A DNA stretch of 64,000 bases from Podarcis tiliguerta. Taxonomy: Eukaryota. The stretch lies in assembly GCA_965153285.1 (NCBI GenBank), contig OZ229110.1; one strand, written 5' to 3'. Below the pieces are notes generated by a model. The model ran no database searches. It saw only the letters and a program-made list of their open reading frames with translations, and was not told the origin of the DNA. Position 1 is the first letter of the stretch, and each line of letters begins with the position of its first letter. The translations under genes were made by a program, and so were the position numbers. Shown one piece after another: positions 1 through 64,000 of this stretch.

Positions 1-59709
<59,709 letters not shown>

Positions 59710-59860
59710 CTTCGCGATCTGATCGGGGGGAGCAGAGCGGACTTCGGAGAAAGCGCCTCTTCCTTGCGCGCTGGGGGGGGGGGGCACCTTGCTGCTCGCC
59801 CCTCTTGCTGCTCCGGCTGCCTCTTGCTCCTTTGCGGGTGCGCGCTGGGTCCCGGCGGGC

Positions 59861-60121
59861 TTATATGGAGCTCCTGGCGCCGGAGACCCCGCGCGGGGGG
59901 GGGGGGCGGGGAGGGGCGCCGGGACACCCCTTTGGAACGGCCAGCCGCTCGCTGATTGGCCCGGGCCGGCGGGTGACGTCGTGGGGAGTTGCATTCCAGG
60001 GCGAACAAAAGACGCGGCTGGCGGGCGGGCGGGGGGCGAAGTCGAGTTGGGGGGCCGGGGGGGGGGCACCCTCGCCAGATCGCCGCCCGCAGCCCCGCCC
60101 CAGGGATCTCCAGCATCAAAG
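59861..60121 (-). promoter_or_regulatory. FN1 core/proximal promoter: TATA, GC boxes, CCAAT, CRE, TEAD, SOX-like and TCF/LEF motifs
   Basis: CCATATAAGCCC (TATAA 59861-59865); CCAAT 59955-59959; CRE-like TGACGTCG 59974-59981; CATTCC 59992-59997; CTTTTGTTCGC 60001-60011; CTTTGAT 60115-60121. Confidence 0.85.
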
Positions 60122-60492
60122 CCGCCCAGGTGGGGGGGGGGCAGAGCACAACCTGAAGCAGCGGGGCACTGCAAGACATTGTGGCACCTGAGCCGGACCC
60201 CCCCAAGTGCCCTTTCCCCCCACACTTTGCCCGGTCCGGGAAAAGGGCTGAGAGCAGATCCGCCTCCGGAACAGGAGAGGAGCAGATCGGCCGCCTTGCC
60301 CCCAGCCAGACCATTGGGTCCATCGAGCTCGGTGCCGCGGACACGGGCTGGCAGCAGGGGCTCGGCGGGGTTGGGGACCAGGAGATGCCGGAGATGAACC
60401 CCACGACCCTGTGCTGGCAAGGCAGGAGCTGCGGGGCTTCCCCTAGAAACCCCGCCCCCCGCCTTGCACAACCCCGCCCAAGCATTGCGAAT

Positions 60493-60610
60493 TAGGGTTG
60501 CCCTGCGCCCGGGATTTCCCGGACACAGACGGAAATCGGCCGTCGGAAACAGTGTTTGGGTGGGAATCGGGTTTTTTATGTCCGTGAAAATGTGGGTGTA
60601 TGGCAACCTA
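60493..60610. mobile_element. hAT (Blackjack-like) MITE at the upstream edge of the CpG island
   Basis: Ends TAGGGTTGCC / TGGCAACCTA, related to 56622-56839; no clear TSD. Confidence 0.6.
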
Positions 60611-62095
60611 TGCCAGGAGTGTCGATTTTGACGAATGTCATTAAAAATAGCTCGAAAACGTTTCTATTTTTCTACATTTTTCAAGAAAGCAAACTCTGGG
60701 CGAAACTTTAAAAAGCTCAAAAGCTTTTACTGGTCCAGTTCATCTCAAAAGTAATATACAAGCTTATGAGTTGCACAGGTAGAATGCCCACAAAGCAACA
60801 GAGAAACAAGCAGCACTCCTCCTTAAGTTTCTTTCCATGTTACTTTGCATTCTCCTAATAAACTCAAAACCAGATCAACTTCAGAACTTCATTGACTACT
60901 TTGACAATATTGTTGAAAATGCTCCCACCAAGCAATGTGTATGACACATTTATAATTCATTGCTTTGAGTGGCAATTAATTAATTAATTATAAATTTGGA
61001 TACAGTCTCTAGTATGTCATTCAGTTTGACATAAGCCTTCTGTCAATGCAACCCTCGCGTCATTTTTATTTTTATCTAATAAATAAGAGAACTGCGAATG
61101 TGGTTTGTCCCAAGTCATGCCAGTGAGGGAATGACTGAGAAGTGAACCTCATGATTTGGTTGTAAAATAATTGTCAGAATCCTTTCCAAAATTGTATTTG
61201 TTCTAACACAATTATTTCCAGTTGTTTTTGCCAACTGTGCTCTAATTCAAAATAATCTTCAAAATATCTTCAGAAGTAGACATCCAAAACTGGAAATACC
61301 TCACATATTCATATTCAGGATTAAATGTTCATTTGCAGAATGGAACCCTTGCTGTCTGGTTGTGTAGTTTTCTGTAAAAAGATGCATAGTTGAACATCTA
61401 CCCCCACAAAGAAATACTGCTTATACAATTTATTTAAAATATTTGGTTAGTGGCATCTACAAACTCTGAATCTGAAGATCAAGTGTCTTATGGGAAGGCA
61501 TGTGGAAAGGCTACCAGACGCTGCACCTGCAGGTGTGGATCATAGCCCTCAAGGAAGAGGTGATGTTACAGTCTGCTCATGCAGCCACTTTCTCCCAGAA
61601 CTGAATTGGGAGGGGGGACGGGCGTTCCGGAGGACTGGCTAGCAGACAATGGAGCTCCATTCATAAATACAGTCAACAGCAGACTGATCTGGCCATGTAT
61701 ATATACCAGACTTTCAACTTGGATACCAGATGGCTAGGAGGTTCAGAACCCATGAATTACCCCAAAAGGAAGCATAGAGATTAGCAATATAGAAATATTT
61801 TCTAAAGAACCCATGATGCTAATCTTAATTTCCCTTGGTTTTTCACATGTTTCCTAATATACAAAACCATTCATTTTGGAGAAATTTCCGATATGAAATG
61901 GCTTGATATTTTTCTACATGTGTACCTTGCAGACACTAACCATGTCACCTCAGAAGTAATTTCTGTTCCATTTAATAAGGCTTACTGTCAGCTAAATGGG
62001 GTTAGGATTGCAACCTTGGAAAACTTTTCCTGCAAACTAATTGTTAACAGCAACACAATTTCTTTCCTGGTATAATGTTGAAACAGCTAAATAAT

Positions 62096-62358
62096 TACCG
62101 TATTTTTTGCTCTATAAGATGCACCAGACCACAAGACGCACCTAGTTTTTGGTGGAGGAAAACAAGAAAAAAAATATTCTGAATCCCAGAAGCCAGAACA
62201 GCAAGAGGGATCACTGCACAGTGAAAGCAGCAATTCCTCTTGCTGTTCTGGCTTCTGGGATAGCTGCGCAGCCTGCATTCACTCCATAAGACGCACACAT
62301 ATTTCCCCTTACTTTTTAGGAGGGGAAAAGTGAGTCTTATAGAGCAAAAAATACGGTA
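62096..62358 (+). mobile_element. Tc1/mariner-type MITE with internal hairpin, complete copy
   Basis: TA-flanked TIR CCGTATTTTTTGCTCTATAAGA / TCTTATAGAGCAAAAAATACGG. Confidence 0.93.
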
Positions 62359-64000
62359 AATTCTAAGGTAAAGTCTTTAAACAGCATTCATGAATATTGG
62401 TAAGTCCATATTAGACATGTCTGTCAGAGGGAGAGAAAAGGATTCAGCTTGCAAGGCAGGTCACTATTGTTATCTTCCTGTTGTGAGAAGCTTGGCTGAA
62501 ACAGAGTGGGTTGCCTAAGGCCACCAAGTGAGTTCATGGCTAAAGTCAGAGGTGAACCGTAGTTCTCAGCTTGCCTTGTGCCTGCCACACAGCAGTTCAC
62601 TTCACTCGCACTCATGTGAGGTGGATGTGATGCAATGGATAAAAAGATGGGCTGCCCAGCAGTGATGCTCACTGGGCGAACTTGGTCAAATGTCTAGCCT
62701 CCAGTAAAGATTTAATGGAGAAATCAATGGACAAAACTAGAATTGTGAATACTATTTTAGAGATGATTAATCTGATTCTTAAATTACATTTTTCACATAG
62801 GTATGGGTTCAACTCACAATAATGAATCTTTGCCTTTTAAAAATCACATCTGTGACCTGACTTTTGCATTCTTCTGCTGACATTATGCTAACTCATTGTC
62901 CTTAGATTGAAAACCAATGTAATCTTTTGATATTCACAAGCTCGACCATCTTGGCTTGGGTCTGTCAAGTCAAAGAAATCCCATAAATCTTTACACCACA
63001 CCAAAAGCATTAAGTGGGAAAATGCTTTGGGCTGTTAGACATCAGATTTTTCTCCTGCCTGTTTTAGAAAGTCAGTAGTGTGTGCTCTGGTTTTCAACTG
63101 GGATTTTAATAAGCCAATGGAGATTAAAAATAAGTAACCTTCTGTATCTTTGCTTAATGGTAATGTTTAACCCAAACATTTAACTGCCTTTTAGTTACAT
63201 TTCCTGACCCTTAATGGGGTCAAATGCCCTCCGTTTCATCTGGTTACAAATTCTTGGGCTTCAGACGGGACAGTCAGAGGGACTCTTTAAAAAAAGTCCT
63301 TTTCCTTTTAGATTCCTTGTTTATTCTAGAAACCACCCCAAGCATGCTTAAGATATTCTCCTGACTCGCCTTACCCAATGGGATTGTCTGCCAATAAAAC
63401 TCACAGCCAGTAAGATAAATTCTTCTCTCTTACTCACAGTGGACAGTCTTATTTACTTGGGATTACAAGTGTGGGTGACTGGGAGCACAATTTGTTCCAT
63501 TGATCAAGCTACTCAGGCTGCATCAATTCCAGGCAGTATTTGGGGCCAGATGAGTATGGGTGAACTCCCACTTATGGTTTTCCTTCAGAGATAATATCTC
63601 TTTGTAGACGCAGGGCATCTGCTTTGCCTCCTCAATCACACCCCACGGGCAACCATTTCCCCACTTCACGTAGCAACAAGGAAGGGAACACAGATAGCGG
63701 CGCTATGGCCATCTATCAACTGATCTAGTTACTCAAAAGCCTAGAACCTTGTGGTGATTCCCATAATGTTGGTTGTCTAATTATTTTATCCTCAATACCA
63801 GGCAGCAGACAATTTTAAACCTGAGAGCGGAGGGGCAACCTTATGTCTGAATTGAGCAAGCACAGGAAATCATTGTGCAACGTGCAATTATTGTGCAATC
63901 ACTGATTTATCTGGTATCTCCTTCTTCTCCCTGTCATGTGGAAATCTCACTAAAACAGGATTTCTTCCCATGACACATTGAGACCCAGCAGTGCTGCCTG

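Noticed and set aside
60611-64000. Possible divergent upstream gene or lncRNA
   Set aside because: Only repeat fragments and AT-rich sequence are visible; there is no supportable exon or ORF without transcript data.

Overview
Eukaryotic genomic DNA from a squamate reptile, inferred from Sauria SINE, BovB and CR1 repeats. The window holds the promoter and the first 38 exons of fibronectin 1 (FN1) on the minus strand. The ATG is at 59709 and the gene runs off the window start inside exon 38 (FN3-14a), so the V/IIICS region and C-terminus lie outside. All 37 introns have GT-AG ends, phases are consistent, and exon lengths match the human FN1 pattern as I recall it, except exon 1 coding (151 nt) and exon 14 (178 nt). 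Both alternative exons (EDB 16842-17114, EDA 4437-4706) and the RGD site are intact. The CpG-island promoter carries TATA, CCAAT, CRE and TCF motifs. Introns contain SINE, LINE and MITE insertions, several with target-site duplications. The best candidate for something undescribed is an extra exon-like unit in intron 8 (43251-43461), between the two type II module exons. It has a strong phase-1 donor, a Ser-rich reading frame with mixed Ser codons, and a downstream YCAY cluster. Other notable items are a complementary (CA)n/(UG)n stem in the intron after EDA, a 32-nt copy of exon 29 in the next intron, a young SINE just upstream of EDA, a diverged EDB, and a MITE-borne pre-miRNA-like hairpin. 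All comparisons to human FN1 are from memory and need alignment.
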